DNA of 64,000 bases, taken from Lama guanicoe (taxonomy: Eukaryota). Position 1 is the stretch's first letter. Each line of letters begins with the position of its first letter. The translations under genes were made by a program, and so were the position numbers. The DNA is taken from the NCBI GenBank assembly GCA_013239625.1, contig MU053758.1, positions 3,519,490 to 3,583,489 on the forward strand, read 5' to 3'. Below the pieces are notes generated by a model. The model saw only the letters and a program-made list of their open reading frames with translations. It ran no database searches and was not told the origin of the DNA. Below, in pieces: positions 38,322-51,559 of this stretch.

Positions 38322-39906
38322 AGCTTGCCTTTTAGACAACATTTTTCAGCAAGGAGAAAAGAAAGGAAGGAAGGAAGCAAAGCTGTAAAAAATATGTTTG
38401 GTTGTGCTGTTTTTTCAGTTATTGAAGTCTGATTTCATTGCATTTAGGTAGGAGACAAAGGCTTATGTCATTCTGCTGTAAGATTTTCTTTGTACCTAAA
38501 TGTTTCATGAATATTCTGGATATGTATGAAAATTATGAAAACAGTTTGTCAGGCATAAGATTACTTATAAATATCAATTACATCTAAGTTGATAATGGTC
38601 CTACTCACATTTTCTATTTCCTTGTTTATTTTTCTCCTTCAAATGACCACTATCTAAACAATGTGTTAAAATTTCTGCTATGATTGTGGTTTCATCATTT
38701 TCCCCTGTATATAACAGTTATTTTGCACTTAGTTTCTATGTACCTCAAAGTGCTTATGACAAGAAAGCTAAAATATTTATGAAGCCATAAATTAATGTAT
38801 CAGTGAGAAGTCACAATCAAGGTCAAGACAAGGACAGGTATCACAGGATTTTGATCCAAGTGGGCCACAGTTTTGTGGTCATTTGTTTGTTTAGAAATGG
38901 TTGGTCTTCTGTCCGAAAGCAGGAAGACAGCAAGGAGATAGCCCAACTCCTTAGAATGACTATAATGTATGTTTTGGTACTTTTAAAAAGGTAATTACAT
39001 TATTAAAAATATAAACACGCTGCTTTCATCTGAGCCTCTCCTTCGCTTTGTCTTGTCTTACGTGGTTTGTGAACTATACACCTTCCGTTGAATTTCCAGA
39101 CTTGACACATTTTATTTCCAGGAATCAACCTTTGTATTTTTCCACAGAATGATTTCTCTTTTTCACCAATATTATCAACATGTTCTACCTGACATATGTC
39201 TTCCTATTAAATCCAAGATTTCATTATGAGTTACATGGTGATGAGAACGAAGTCTCATTCAACCGACGAGCTTCCCAGCACCCAGCAGTACAAGGACCTT
39301 GCTAGGTGGTCCATAGTCCAGTTGTAGTAAAAAGGAAATTCTTGTTTTCTCTCAACAAACTTGATGGCAGGCAAGGTGGGCAATCTGCTTTGGGGGAAAA
39401 ATCATCATTTGGCCTTTTCTCTCATATAGGCTTTGATTGATAAGCAAAATCAGTTTTCTTTGTTCACATGACAGAAACACAAACGTATCTCCAGTTCATA
39501 ATCAGCACTAAAAAATAATTAAGAGCCACATGTGTTTCTGATACCAAGTATTTATTGAGATGTAATTATCCTAACACACGTAAGTCATCATGAAGGCCAA
39601 GCCATGTGCAGCAATCATAGGATTAGGAGCCTGTCCCTATGAACTAGGGTAGACGTTTGGTCATCTGACCGAATGACACGGTAATAGGCACAGAATTTGG
39701 AGGTTCTGTGTGGTATTTAGTTTAAACTGTCGCTTCTTAAACAGTTGCTTGGCGGCATAGCCAATGGGATGAATAAACATAGTGACAGATGAAAACAAGG
39801 CCAGGTGCTATGGACAAAGGAAATGAGAACAAGACTGATACACTGGGATGATGGTGATTGGCTCAGGGCTGGTGGTGAGGAATGAAGTTCAGCAAAAAGA
39901 GGATCC

Positions 39907-40131
39907 TCAGCAGATGGGGCGGCAGCAGCTGGAGTTGCAGCACCTGGGGCGACAGCAGGTAGGTTGTCAGCACACAGGCTGGCAGCACTGGGGTCTGCCG
40001 CAGCTGGACTCACAGCACCTGAGGCAGTAGCAGGTGGTCCTGCAGCAGGTGGTCTGGCAGCCGGTCTCCTGGCAGAGGCCTTGGCCACAGCCCTGGTCAG
40101 AGAAGACGGAGCCACTGCAGGCGCTGACCAT
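39907..40131 (-). pseudogene. KRTAP4: KRTAP4-family pseudogene (G7)
   Basis: Manual translation [30 protein letters not shown]...QPVC* with TGA at 39967-39969 after 54 aa; several Cys losses; TATA mutated to TATGAAA (40209-40215). Confidence 0.85.
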
Positions 40132-40499
40132 GGTGTCAGAGGGTGGAGGTTCTGGGTGGGTTTCCAGGAAAGGGAGGTTCTCAAATGGAAGTCTTCTCCC
40201 AAATCCTGTTTCATACTTTGCTGAGAAGCTGTTATCATCATGTCCAAGATTATTTTCTATTTGCTGTTTGTCATGTTTAAGGAGAAATTATCAGACATTC
40301 TGATTGTGGCATCTGGTTAGCTTTGGTATTTAAAACAGGTGCTTACACATATCTAATCATTTCTCTATCCCTAAAAAGCATTATTTGCCTTTCTTTTTTG
40401 TTTCAGCATCATCTCATCTATTACCTCTTACACTTTTCAAAGTGTGGCATTTGATATTCTTTGGCCTGACAACCGTTTAACTTCTTGCATCTAAAAGAG

Positions 40500-40900
40500 A
40501 CATGGTAAGCCAGAAAGATAAAGAAAAATACCATACAATACCACTTATATGTGGAGTCTTAAAAAAAAATTAGGACACAAATGAACATATTTACAAAACA
40601 GAGACAGACTCACAAACGTCGAAAACAAACATGATTACCAGGGGGAAAGGGGTTGGCAAGGATAAATTGGGAGTTCAGGATTTATAGATACTAATTATTA
40701 TATATGAAGTAGATAAACAACAATTTCCTACTGTATAACACAGGGAACTATATTCAATACCTTGTAGTGGCCTATAATAAAAAAGAATACGGAAATGAAT
40801 ACGAATATCTCTAAATGAGTCACTATGCTGTACACCAGAAATTAACACAATATTGTAAATCAACTATACTTCAATTTAAAACAATGAAAAAATAAAAATA
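40500..40900 (+). mobile_element. L1 3'UTR fragment
   Basis: gtaagccagaaagataaagaaaaataccat...gtaaatcaactatacttcaat plus an A-rich tail. Confidence 0.8.
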
Positions 40901-40941
40901 AAGGAAACACAGAGCCACAACTCCTTCTATGTCAATAATAC

Positions 40942-41074
40942 TTTTTTTTAAAACATGGGAGAGGTAATTAGGTTTTTTTGTAATTTATTTGGTTTTTCAA
41001 TGGAGATACTGGGTTTGAACCCAGGACCTCACTCATGCCAAGCATACACTCTACCACTGAGCTATGCCCTCCCC
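40942..41074 (-). mobile_element. tRNA-derived SINE (Vic-1-like)
   Basis: ctctaccactgagctatgccctcccc head and ggagaggtaattagg tail motif. Confidence 0.8.
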
Positions 41075-42659
41075 ACTGTGTTGACAATACTTAAAATAGT
41101 CACAAACATGGATAAGCTAATGCACCAAAAATCAGACCTCCATAAACTATAGCAAAATGACTGGTGGCAAAATCAGCACAGCACACTTGTAACTTAGGAA
41201 GAAGCTAAGAAATGCACTGGGTTTAAGGCACGTGGCTTCAAATTTACCTTGTTCAAAATAGAATTGGTTGTTCTGTCACTTTTCCAAATCAACATCCCAA
41301 TGATTCAGTCCTAGTGCAAATTACTGCTAGCTCACATTTTCAAACTAGCGAACGAGTTCTCCTTCATGCAAGTAACCACCTATTGACTCTGTTAAGAGCC
41401 GTTCTCAGGACAGATACAGAAGTGAAAGCTATCCACCCCACCCTCCTTCTGCCCTGATTCCGTTCTGCCTCAATGTAGAGCCACAGATTATTTGACACAG
41501 TGAATTAGCAATGCCATTACCCGTGTGCTGGAATCTGCAAACGGGGTTTATCCAACTTTGCAGCCAAGATCAGGAAACCTCAGCAGCGGAGGCACCAAGA
41601 AGTTCACAGCCCCAGTTAAGTCAGAGCAAATGAAGCCGTATCAGGAGTCACAGTGCAACCAACTGAAGAAAAATGCCCTTTCTTTCAAAAGGTTACAAAT
41701 ATAGACATTGCTAAGTATCCAAAATGTTATGCTTTGCTCCTCTGATGCATGTGAGGAAGTCATTGTTGTCCCTTTTGTTCCTGCATTTTAATACACTTAC
41801 TGGTGATGGGGTCTTTTCGTTGGTTTATAACATTATGAGTCCTGTACATACAATACTATGTTTCAACTTCTGTGTCCACTACCACGTGATCACCATTGGA
41901 GGTTTCGTTTCAGTCTCCACCATACAGTTGCCTCCCCCTCTTACTCATTTTGCCCTCTCCCACTGCCTTTATTCTAAACTGCAATTCAAAGCAAAATATT
42001 TTAGTATCAAATTAACCACTTTGCAACTTTTCTCTTTGATGCTAAATGTAAATATAGTGTCCCCGAGAGCAGAACTGTTGTTATCAGGTCTGTCAACAAG
42101 TTTCGGGTTCGGCATAGAAAAGCTTGTCTAGGACAGTCAGTTCTGTCCCCTATTGCAGGAAATGAGATACGTGTGTAGAGTAGCTTGCTACTAATAGATT
42201 TATCTATTGTTCAATTTTGTCTGACGCAGATGAAAACCTTTTTAAAATATGGTTTTAATTCCAAACATGTTAAAATCTGATTTGAATCCATCACTTTTGT
42301 TTCACCTGTCTTTAGAGGTGAGTCCCAATAGAAGTAGTGCCAAGGGAAAATACAGACAGTGAGAATGGCTGTGAACTCTTCTCCAAATTATGCTGAACTG
42401 ACAGGTGACAAAAGGATGAACTCTGTCTTGAGAAATAATGATTCATAATTAAATCATGCTGTGGATGTTGGTGGCCTCTCCTATTTCTGGAAACAAGTTC
42501 TTACAGTTTAATATTAACTATTAGAAATTCTATTTTCAGAAGATTCATAATACTTAGGGAGCACTTCCTCCTTAGGCAATTTCCCATGGGTCATGAAAAA
42601 AATGTTATAAATAACAACAAGGAAAATTCTGTCCTTGGTCCTAAATTTGGGAACCACAG

Positions 42660-42784
42660 TATAAAAGGTCTTGTACAGAAGACGATGTCAGATTCTGAGA
42701 AATTTATCTCTGCTCAGAAGCCAACCTTTCACACCTGACACCATGACCCACTCAGGCTGCTCCCCTTGCTGCCAGCCCACCTGC
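42660..42784 (+). pseudogene. KRTAP9-family stub (G8): TATA, 5'UTR and 14 codons
   Basis: TATAAAA at 42660-42666; ctgacaccATG at 42743; [14 protein letters not shown] followed by an abrupt switch to antisense L1. Confidence 0.8.
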
Positions 42785-42975
42785 ATTGTTTTAGGCTTTG
42801 AGGTCTTTTCTGGTTCCTTACAAATTTTAGGATTATTTTTCCTATTCCTGTAAAAACTACATTGAAATTTTAATAGGGATTATATTCAATCAGTAGATTG
42901 CCTTGGGTAATATGGACATTTCAACAATATCAATTCTTCCAATTCATGAGCACAGAATATCTTTACATTGTATGA
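42785..42975 (-). mobile_element. Antisense L1 ORF2 fragment abutting G8
   Basis: aattttaggattattttt..gggattatattcaatcagtagattgccttgggtaatatggacatttcaacaatatcaattcttccaat matches the reverse complement of ~48080-48240. Confidence 0.8.
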
Positions 42976-44439
42976 ACTGAATGTATACATTCAAATGTAT
43001 AAATAAATAAATATTTTATTTATATAATATACATATTTATTTATCAAAAGACAAGTACAAAAACATACATAGTAAAACTATTTTAATATTTTTAATATTT
43101 CCAATAGTGCCAAACTTCAAATAACCTACATATATATCAAAAGTAGGGTGAGCAAATAAATTATGTCATTTTATTCAGTGGAAGATTATACAGTAACAAG
43201 AATGAATGAACTACCCGGATAAATCTCACAATCAGAATGTATACAAGAGGTCAATTCCATAATATGCCACTTGTACAAAGTCTAAAACATCCAAAACCAA
43301 CTAACTAACTAACAAACAGTGCTACAAGTCAAAGGAATGATCACTTACTTTGGGAATGAATGAGGGGTATAATTCGAGAGGGTCATTCAGTTCTAAAGTA
43401 GAAATGAACTAAAAATTTCTTAACTCACTAATAGCAACATGGGTTGTTCATTTTGTGATACTCCATCCAATTTAAAATGAATACATTTTAACAAGTTGTA
43501 AGTTTTAAATCTGAGCACTTTTTAAATGAACTTTAATCACAAAAATGTTTTGAACATGTTAGAACTCACATATACCTTAGGTATCCCCTATTTAGTCTAA
43601 TTCATATAATACCAAAAAAGTAAGAAAGAAAACAGGAAAAGTGCAGTCAGTGATTTCAAGTCACTGACTCTGCTGGTAAAGACTTAACCAGAGTCACCAA
43701 CTCATCTTGATTTGCTTGGAAATGCCCACAGGCCTATGTGAAAATCTCCCATCCTGGCTAGGACTATTGGTCACTCCAAGAGGTAAACTGATTTATGCTT
43801 CCTAATCCCAGTGTACTGCTTCTGCTTTTATCCACCTTCTTCAGTTCACCTCTCCCATCTGAAAGACATCACCAAACGTCCTCTACTCAAGTGTCTTACG
43901 TAGAACTGGTGTATACAAATGGTGTGGGTTGCTGCAAAGTGATATTTGAAATACTCTTGAATCAGGCCTATGTGGGAAAACAGATTTGGTCTCTAGTCAT
44001 TGTAAAGATACGGGCTGCATGCCCCTCCCCAGGAACACTCCCCAATCTACATATATCCAAAAGGAAAAACTGGGGAGTGATAACTGCTCTGACTGCCCCC
44101 AAGTAAGTGGGAACTATGTCACATGATCAAATAGTAATCAAAGCAGGAATGAGACTGATGATGTGACCACTTCCTTTTATCAGAAAAAGTTTCTGTGAAT
44201 TATTCTCAATTAAGAAACACATTAGATTATTTTTTAAAGATTCATAGTGTCTAGGGGAAAACTTCCTCTTTTACAATTCCCCCCGTGACCATGGAAAAAA
44301 TATGAACAAAAATAAGGAAAATACTGCTCATTTGTCACAACTGTGGGGACCCCCTGTATAAAAACTCTAGAACATAAGGAGTCACCAGATTCTGGAAAAC
44401 TCACCTCTGAACAGGAGTCCACCCTCCACCACTGACACC

Positions 44440-44961
44440 ATGACCCATTCATGCTGCTCCCCTTGCTGCCAGGCCACCTACTGCCAGCCCACCTGCTGCC
44501 AGCCCACCTGCTGTGAGCCCAGCTGCTGCCAGCCTTGCTGCCCCCAAACTTGCTATGAAGCTACTCAGACCACCTGCTGCAGCACCACCTGCCGCAAACC
44601 TACTTGTGTGACCACCTGCTGCCAGCCCACCTGCTGTGAGCCCAGCAGCTGTGGACAAACCTGCTGCCAGCCTACCTGTGTAACCAGCTGTTGCAGCCCT
44701 TCCTGCTGCCAGTCCACTTGCTGTGAGTCTAGCAGCTGCGGACAAAACTGCGGTGGGTCCAGCTGCTGCCAGCCAGCTAGCTGTGCACCCGTGTACTGCC
44801 ACCGAACCTGGTACCACCCCACGTGCTGCTGCCTGCCTGGGTGCCTGGCCCAGAGCTGTGGATCCAGCTGCTGCCAGCCTCGCTGCCGCCCTGTCTGCTG
44901 TCAGACCACGTGCTGCCGCCCTAGCTGTGTGTCCAGCTGCTGCCAGCCCTCCTGCTGCTGA
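44440..44961 (+). CDS. KRTAP9: Keratin-associated protein 9 family (G9), 173 aa
   Basis: [12 protein letters not shown]-terminus, [33 protein letters not shown] motif; TATAAAA at 44357-44363; AATAAA at 45430-45435. Confidence 0.92.
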   Translation: MTHSCCSPCCQATYCQPTCCQPTCCEPSCCQPCCPQTCYEATQTTCCSTTCRKPTCVTTCCQPTCCEPSSCGQTCCQPTCVTSCCSPSCCQSTCCESSSCGQNCGGSSCCQPASCAPVYCHRTWYHPTCCCLPGCLAQSCGSSCCQPRCRPVCCQTTCCRPSCVSSCCQPSCC

Positions 44962-47030
44962 TCACCTCTCCAAGAACCACCATCTCACATACCAACCTTC
45001 TTAGCATCTGATTTGGCATTCTAGAACAAATGTCACTTTCAAACATTGCTGAAAGCCAGCATTCTACCACCATATTTTTGTTACTCATCTGCCTGTTTAA
45101 AAGCTTGTGAATCAGCCTGATGGAGTGTGGAGGACTTCCTCCTGATTCCCTTCCTATGTGTGTGGTCCTGTGCTGGCTTCCTGCATCCTCCATGGGGAGT
45201 GCTGGTCTCTGCTTTGACTCTGAAATCATGATCTTTACCTTCTCTCTACATGTAACTCAGGAAAAACGTCCTCATGACTTTTTCTTCTGTTTCTGCTACG
45301 TATCTTCATAATACTCTTCATAATCACGTTTCTTGTTCAATGTATCCATGGTTCTTGTACCCTGCTTTCTTCTTTTCATGATCACTTTGAAGTGTCTCCC
45401 TAGAAGCAGGAAATTTACCCACATTTCTAAATAAATCCTGTTCCACTTTTCAACCCATGTTGTGCCTTTGAGTTATTGGACAGCTTTCCTGCTGTAAGGA
45501 TTTACGCACAGGTGCATCTCACGTGCGTTGTTCCTTCTGAACTCATACGGTCCCCCACAAATTCTCTCCCCTTCTCACGTGTGAAAATGTCCAACTTGAT
45601 AGATTATCTCAAAGTGAACACACCCATGTCCCTATTACCAGGTTAAGAAATAGAACTTAACCCCTTTCCTTTCAAATTATCTCTCTCAATAGGAAGAGAA
45701 TTTATATTGTGAGAATCATCCATGTAATTATCTATAGGACATTCATCCCCCTCTCTGTATCATCTTCCACTGAATGAATATGACGTATTTTATTTGTATA
45801 CTGTTGATATACATGTGGGCTGTTTGCCATTTGGGACTAATAAAAAATTGTCCTGTTAAACATATATGAACATCTCTGTTGGATTAAATTCCATGAGTAG
45901 AATTATTCATAGAAGTGTGTAGCCAAAGTGTTTATACTGTCTTCTGTAGAGGACTTTCCCACTGCTATTAAATTTGTTCCTAGGTATTTTATTTTGTATG
46001 CTATTATAGGCTATAGTTTAAATTTTTTATTCTTTCGCTGTTCCTGACATATATAAAAGCAATTAATTTATGTATGTTGATCTTGTTACCAAACTCCCTT
46101 ACCATATCTATTAGTTACTTAATAGATTTTTTTTTAATTTTACGTGAACAGTCATACCAACTATAGTTGATGGCATGCCCGTCTATAAAGTGGAATTTAA
46201 AGGACATAAATAGGAACAAAACCAATTTTTGCAAAGGTATTTTATAGGAAAAGGGCTATGTTAAGACAAGCAGAATTTCCTCTAGCCTGGAGGAGGATTT
46301 GAAAAATGAATGCATGTTTCTTAAATGCGAGTGGGGTAGTCAACCATAGAAGTTCAGAGTCAGGAGAGGCTCACATGACAAAGCTGGCAGTGCACAGCCA
46401 AGCAGTGCAAAGGGGAGAGGGACACTGCACCTGAGTCTTCCAGTCCCTTGGGAAAAACCACGTGTTTGACATAAATGCAAGATGCCACTCAACTTTTCAT
46501 CATTCCAAATACTTCTTCCAATTCTTTGCTCACAGAATAATCTTCTGATTGCTACTGATCTCTCTTTTAGATATTCATGCATGGAAAAATGTCTGCTAAA
46601 AAAAGACTATAAATAAAATATTGTAAAGCCTATAAAACTATAGTTATTACAGTTATGATTGTGATTAATAAATTAACATATCAGTTTACAGTGATGAGTA
46701 AATTGTTATGCCTCAAGAAGTGGACATCCCCTGTATGTAAATAAGAGCGAAATAAGAGTAGATTTCTGAATCTGCAGAATCAAGTTCAGGCCCTCATAGA
46801 TTTGTCAAAATATTGAAGGTCAACTTAAAAACCTTTTTGGGAAAGAGATCTTTTTGCCTAGGTAATAGATAATATAATTTCATGGTACCATGTAATACTG
46901 TTTTTAATGTTATGCCTTTGAATGATTGTGGACTTGAGCGAATTGCAGCAATGTCAGCAGTCAATCAGCCTTAGTGCTGGAACAACACTGAGGATTTAGG
47001 GACCTCACAGTGATTCAATAGTGGAAGGGA

Positions 47031-49813
47031 AATTGAATTAGCAATAAAAAAAAAAAACCTCCCTACAAATAAAAGTCCAGGACCGGATGGCTTCACCGGG
47101 GAATTCTACCAAACATACAAAGAAGAACTCATACCAGTCCTTCACAAACTATTCCACAAGATTGAAAAGGAGGGACTATTCCCAAATGCATTCTGTGAAG
47201 CCACCATCACCCTGATACCAAAACCAGGCAAAGACACCACCAAAAAAGAGAATTGCAGACCAATATCACTGATGAACATAGATGCAAAAATCCTACCAAA
47301 ATATTAACAAATAGAATCCAACAGCACATAAAAATGATTATATATCATGGTCAAGGGGTGTTCATCCAGGGACACAAGGGTGGTTGAACATACACAAATC
47401 AGTCAATGTAATACATCACATCAACAAGAGAAAGGACAAAAACCACATGATCATCTCAATAGATGCAGAAAAAGCATTTGATAAAATTCAACACCCATTT
47501 ATGATAAAAACTCTCACCAAAGACTCACCAAAGAAAGAGGGATCATATCTCAACATAATAAAAGCTATATATGACAAACCAACAGCCAGCATAGTACTCA
47601 ACAGTGAAAAACTGAAAAGCTTCCCACTAAAATCTGGGACAAGACAAGGATGCCCACTATCACCACTCCTATTCAACATAGTCTTGGAAATCCTAGCCAC
47701 AGCAATCAGGCAAGAGAGAGAAATAAAAGGCATCCAAATTGGAAAAGAACAGTTAAAGTGTCACTATATGCAGATGACATGATACTATATATAGAAAATC
47801 CTAAAAGGTCCACACAAAAACTGCTAGAGCTGATTGAAGAATTCAGCAAGGCAGTAGGTTACAAGATTAACGTTCAAAAATCAGTTGCATTTTTTTACAC
47901 TAATGATGATTCAACAGAAAAAGAAAGTAAAGAAACAATCTCCCTTAAAATAGCACCCAAAGTAATAAAATACCTAGGAATAAATCTAACCAAGGAGCTG
48001 AAAGACTTATACATGGAAAACTATAAACCATTGATGAAGGAAATTAAAGAAGACTTTTAAAAATGCAAACATATACCATGATCCTGGATTGGAAGAATCA
48101 ATATTGTTAAAATGGTCACACTGCCCAAGGCAATCTACAGATTTAATGCAATCTCTATCAAATTACCCAGGACATATTTCACAGAACTAGAACAAATCAT
48201 AATAAAATTTATATGGAACCACAAAAGACCAAGAATTGCCAAAGCATTACTGAAGAAAAAGAAACAGGTTGGAGGAATAACTCTCCCAGACTTCAGACAA
48301 TACTATAGAGCTACAGTCATCAAGACAGCATGGTATTGGTACCAAAACAGACATATAGACCAATGGAACAGAATAGAGAGCCCAGAAGTGAACCCACAAA
48401 CTTTTGGTCAACTAATCTTCGACAAAGGAGGCAAGAATATACAATGAAATAAAGACAATTTTTTGGTAAATGGTGTTGGGAAAACTGGACAGCAGCATGT
48501 AAATCAATTAAGTTAGAACACTCCCTTATGCCATAAGCAAAAATAAATGCAAAATGGATCAAAGACTTAAACATAAGACAAGATACAATAAACCTCCTAG
48601 AAGAAAGCATAGGCAAAACATTATCTGTCATACATCTCAAAAATGTTCTCCTAGGGCCACTTACCCACGCAATAGAAATAAAAGCAAGAATAAACAAATG
48701 GGACCTAATTAAACTTACTAGCTTCTGCACAGCAAAGGAAACCATAAGTGAGACAAAATGACAACCTACGGAATCGGAGAAAATTTTTGCAAATGGGACC
48801 AACAAAGGCTTGATGTCCAGAATATATAAGCAGCTCATGTGACTCAATAAGAAAAACACAAACAACCCAATCCAAAAATGGGCAGAAGACCTAAACAAGC
48901 AATTCTCCAAAGAAGAAATGCAAATGATCAATATACAAATGAAAAAATGCTCAATATCACTAATTGTCAGAGAAATGCAAATCAAAACTACAATGAGCTA
49001 TCACCTCACACCAGTCAGAATGGCCGTCATTCAAAAGTCCACAAATGACAAATGCTGGAGAAGCTGTGGAGAAAGGGGAACCCTCCTACACTGCTGGTGG
49101 GAATGCAGCTTGATGCATCCACTATGGAAAACAGTATGGAGATTCCTCAAAAGACTAGGAATAGACTTACCATATGACCCAGTAATCCCACTCCTGGGCA
49201 TATATTCAGAGGAAACTCTACTTCAAAAAGACACCTTCAACCCAATGTTCATAGCAGCATTCTTTACAATAGCCAAGACATGGAAACAGCCTAAATGTCC
49301 ATCAACAGATGACTAGATAAAGAAGATGTGGTATATTTATATAATAGAATACTAATCAGCCATAAAAACTGATAACATAATGCCATTTGCAGCAACATGG
49401 ATGTTCCCGGAGAATGTCATTCTAAGTGAAGTAAGCCACAAAGAGAAAGAAAATACCATATGAGATCACTTATGTGTAGAATCTAAAAACAAACAAAAAA
49501 ATATAAATACAAAACAGAAACAGACACATAGACATACAATACAAACTTGTGGTTACCAAGGGCGTAGGGGGTGGGAAGGGACTGACTGGGAGTTCAAAAG
49601 TTGTAGACACTGACAGGCATATGCAGAATAGATAAACAAGATTATGCTGTATAGCACAAGGAAATATATACAAGATCTTGGGGTAACTCACAGCAAAAAA
49701 AATGTGACAATGAATATATGTATGTTGATGTATAACTGAAAAATTGTGCTCTACACTGGAATTTGACACAACATTGTAAAATGACTATAACTCAATAAAA
49801 AAATGTTTAAAAA
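47031..49813 (+). mobile_element. Young 5'-truncated L1, 2.8 kb (RT domain to polyA), frameshifted
   Basis: [29 protein letters not shown] and YADD motifs; 14-bp TSD aata(g/c)tggaaggga at 47017-47030 and 49814-49827. Confidence 0.95.
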
Positions 49814-50789
49814 AATACTGGAAGGGATCCTTAGAAGCCCCTGGTAGATTTCACTCACAGAGGCTGCCAATCAAAGATACAATATTCCATCTGCCAACTG
49901 CTTGGATGCCTCCAGTGATGTGACTTCCTACCTACATGGCAGCTTATTTCATTTTCAGGCATCTCCCCATAAATAAGGATTGATGAAGTTAACATCTATC
50001 CATCCTGGGTCTCCTGTATCTTTTGCTCAGTGGGATCATTTATGGTTAGATAGTCAGAATGGCATCGCTGAGCAATTCTTCCTCTCATTATAAACCTGTC
50101 TCCTGATATCCCATGCTGCAACATCATACTCCTTTCACTCTAATCCTGGCCAGTGTTTTTCCACCTCACAGGATGCACTTCTGACTGTGCACAGCATTTC
50201 CCTGTTAACTGCATGAACTCTAAGATGCTCGTTTTTCCCACGGCCCCTGGCAAGGACAACCAGATCTTAATCATTAAAATAAATTCAGAGTGGTTTCTCT
50301 AAATATTTTAGATGTTACCAGATTCTGATTTAGTGGGATGAAACATTCTTGAAATGTATGGACATGTCTTATCATTTTTACTCCTTGGGTCTGTGCCAGT
50401 GTTGTAAGATGCTTCTAGTTTGCATTATCCATTTTCCGTATAAGCTCCCTCATAGATCATGCATCTGTTCACCTCTGATTTTATCTTCAACCATAAATTA
50501 TCTATGGTGGAAGAATCCTGTTATGGGAACTAAAATCGTATGGAAGAGTATTCACATTCCAGGTCTGCCAGCCGCTACCTGTTGATTGGGGGAATATATT
50601 TAAGTCACCCCATGAACTGTTTCCCACGTATATTGTGTCATCATCCTTTAAACATTTCTTTATTTTCCGACTACTGTCTCACATACGGTGCCCACCCATG
50701 GTGTAACCTGGAGGTGTTTTCTTTCTCTTTTTTCTCTTTTTTAGTGGGTGAGCCAGCCTACAGGCAGATTCCTTCATGAAAGGGCCACA

Positions 50790-51355
50790 GTTCTTTTCTT
50801 CTTTTCATGTGTACAACATTATAGTTCTCCTCTGCATACCTCCAACGTGTTCACCACCAAAAATTTAGTTTCCATCAACATGAAGTTAATCCCATTTACC
50901 CACTTTGCCGTCTCCCTACTGCCTCCCACCTCTAATAACCGCTACTTTCTTCTCTGTATCTACCTGTTTGTGTTTGTTTGATTTGGTTGGTTCATTTATT
51001 TATGTTTTTATTTACTTACTTATTTACTAATCTGTTTCTTTCTTTATGTTTATTATAGTTTGTTGTATTCCACATATGAGTGAGGTCATACAATATTTGA
51101 CTCTCCCCGTCTGATTTATTTCACATAGGAAAATACCCTCAAAATACCGCCAATACATATTGGTGCAAATGGCAGGATTTCATCTTTTGTTATGACTGAG
51201 TAGTATTCCACTGTGTGTGTGTATGTGTGTGTGTGTGTACCACATCTTCTTTATCCATTCAATCATAGTTGGGCACTTAGGTTGTTTCTTGGTTATTGTA
51301 AAGAATGCCACAATGAACAAAAGGGTGCATATATCTTTTCAGATTAGTGTTTCCA
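50790..51355 (-). mobile_element. L1 3' end fragment
   Basis: ttccacatatgagtgaggtcatacaatatttg; gagtagtattcca; atgaacaaaagggtgcatatatcttttc. Confidence 0.75.
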
Positions 51356-51559
51356 TATATTATCAAGTGATATCACAGGAACAAATCTGTTTGTCACCCT
51401 TACTTGTAGTAGAGAATTGTTCCTTTTCCCCTTCATCTCCTTGGAAATCTAAGATTTTGTCTTTTACGTACCTCTGTATGCCCAACTTCACAAAAGTGTG
51501 CCTCAAATTTACAAATTAGAAATATCCAAACCAAGGTACTTATAAAAAGCTACAACCCA

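Noticed and set aside
43645..43669. 9-bp inverted repeat agtcagtga/tcactgact
   Set aside because: Short and not conserved in the paralogous G11 upstream region; compatible with chance
47384..49316. Reverse-transcriptase ORFs as an active or domesticated gene
   Set aside because: 5'-truncated L1 ORF2 broken by frameshifts and stops, flanked by a TSD
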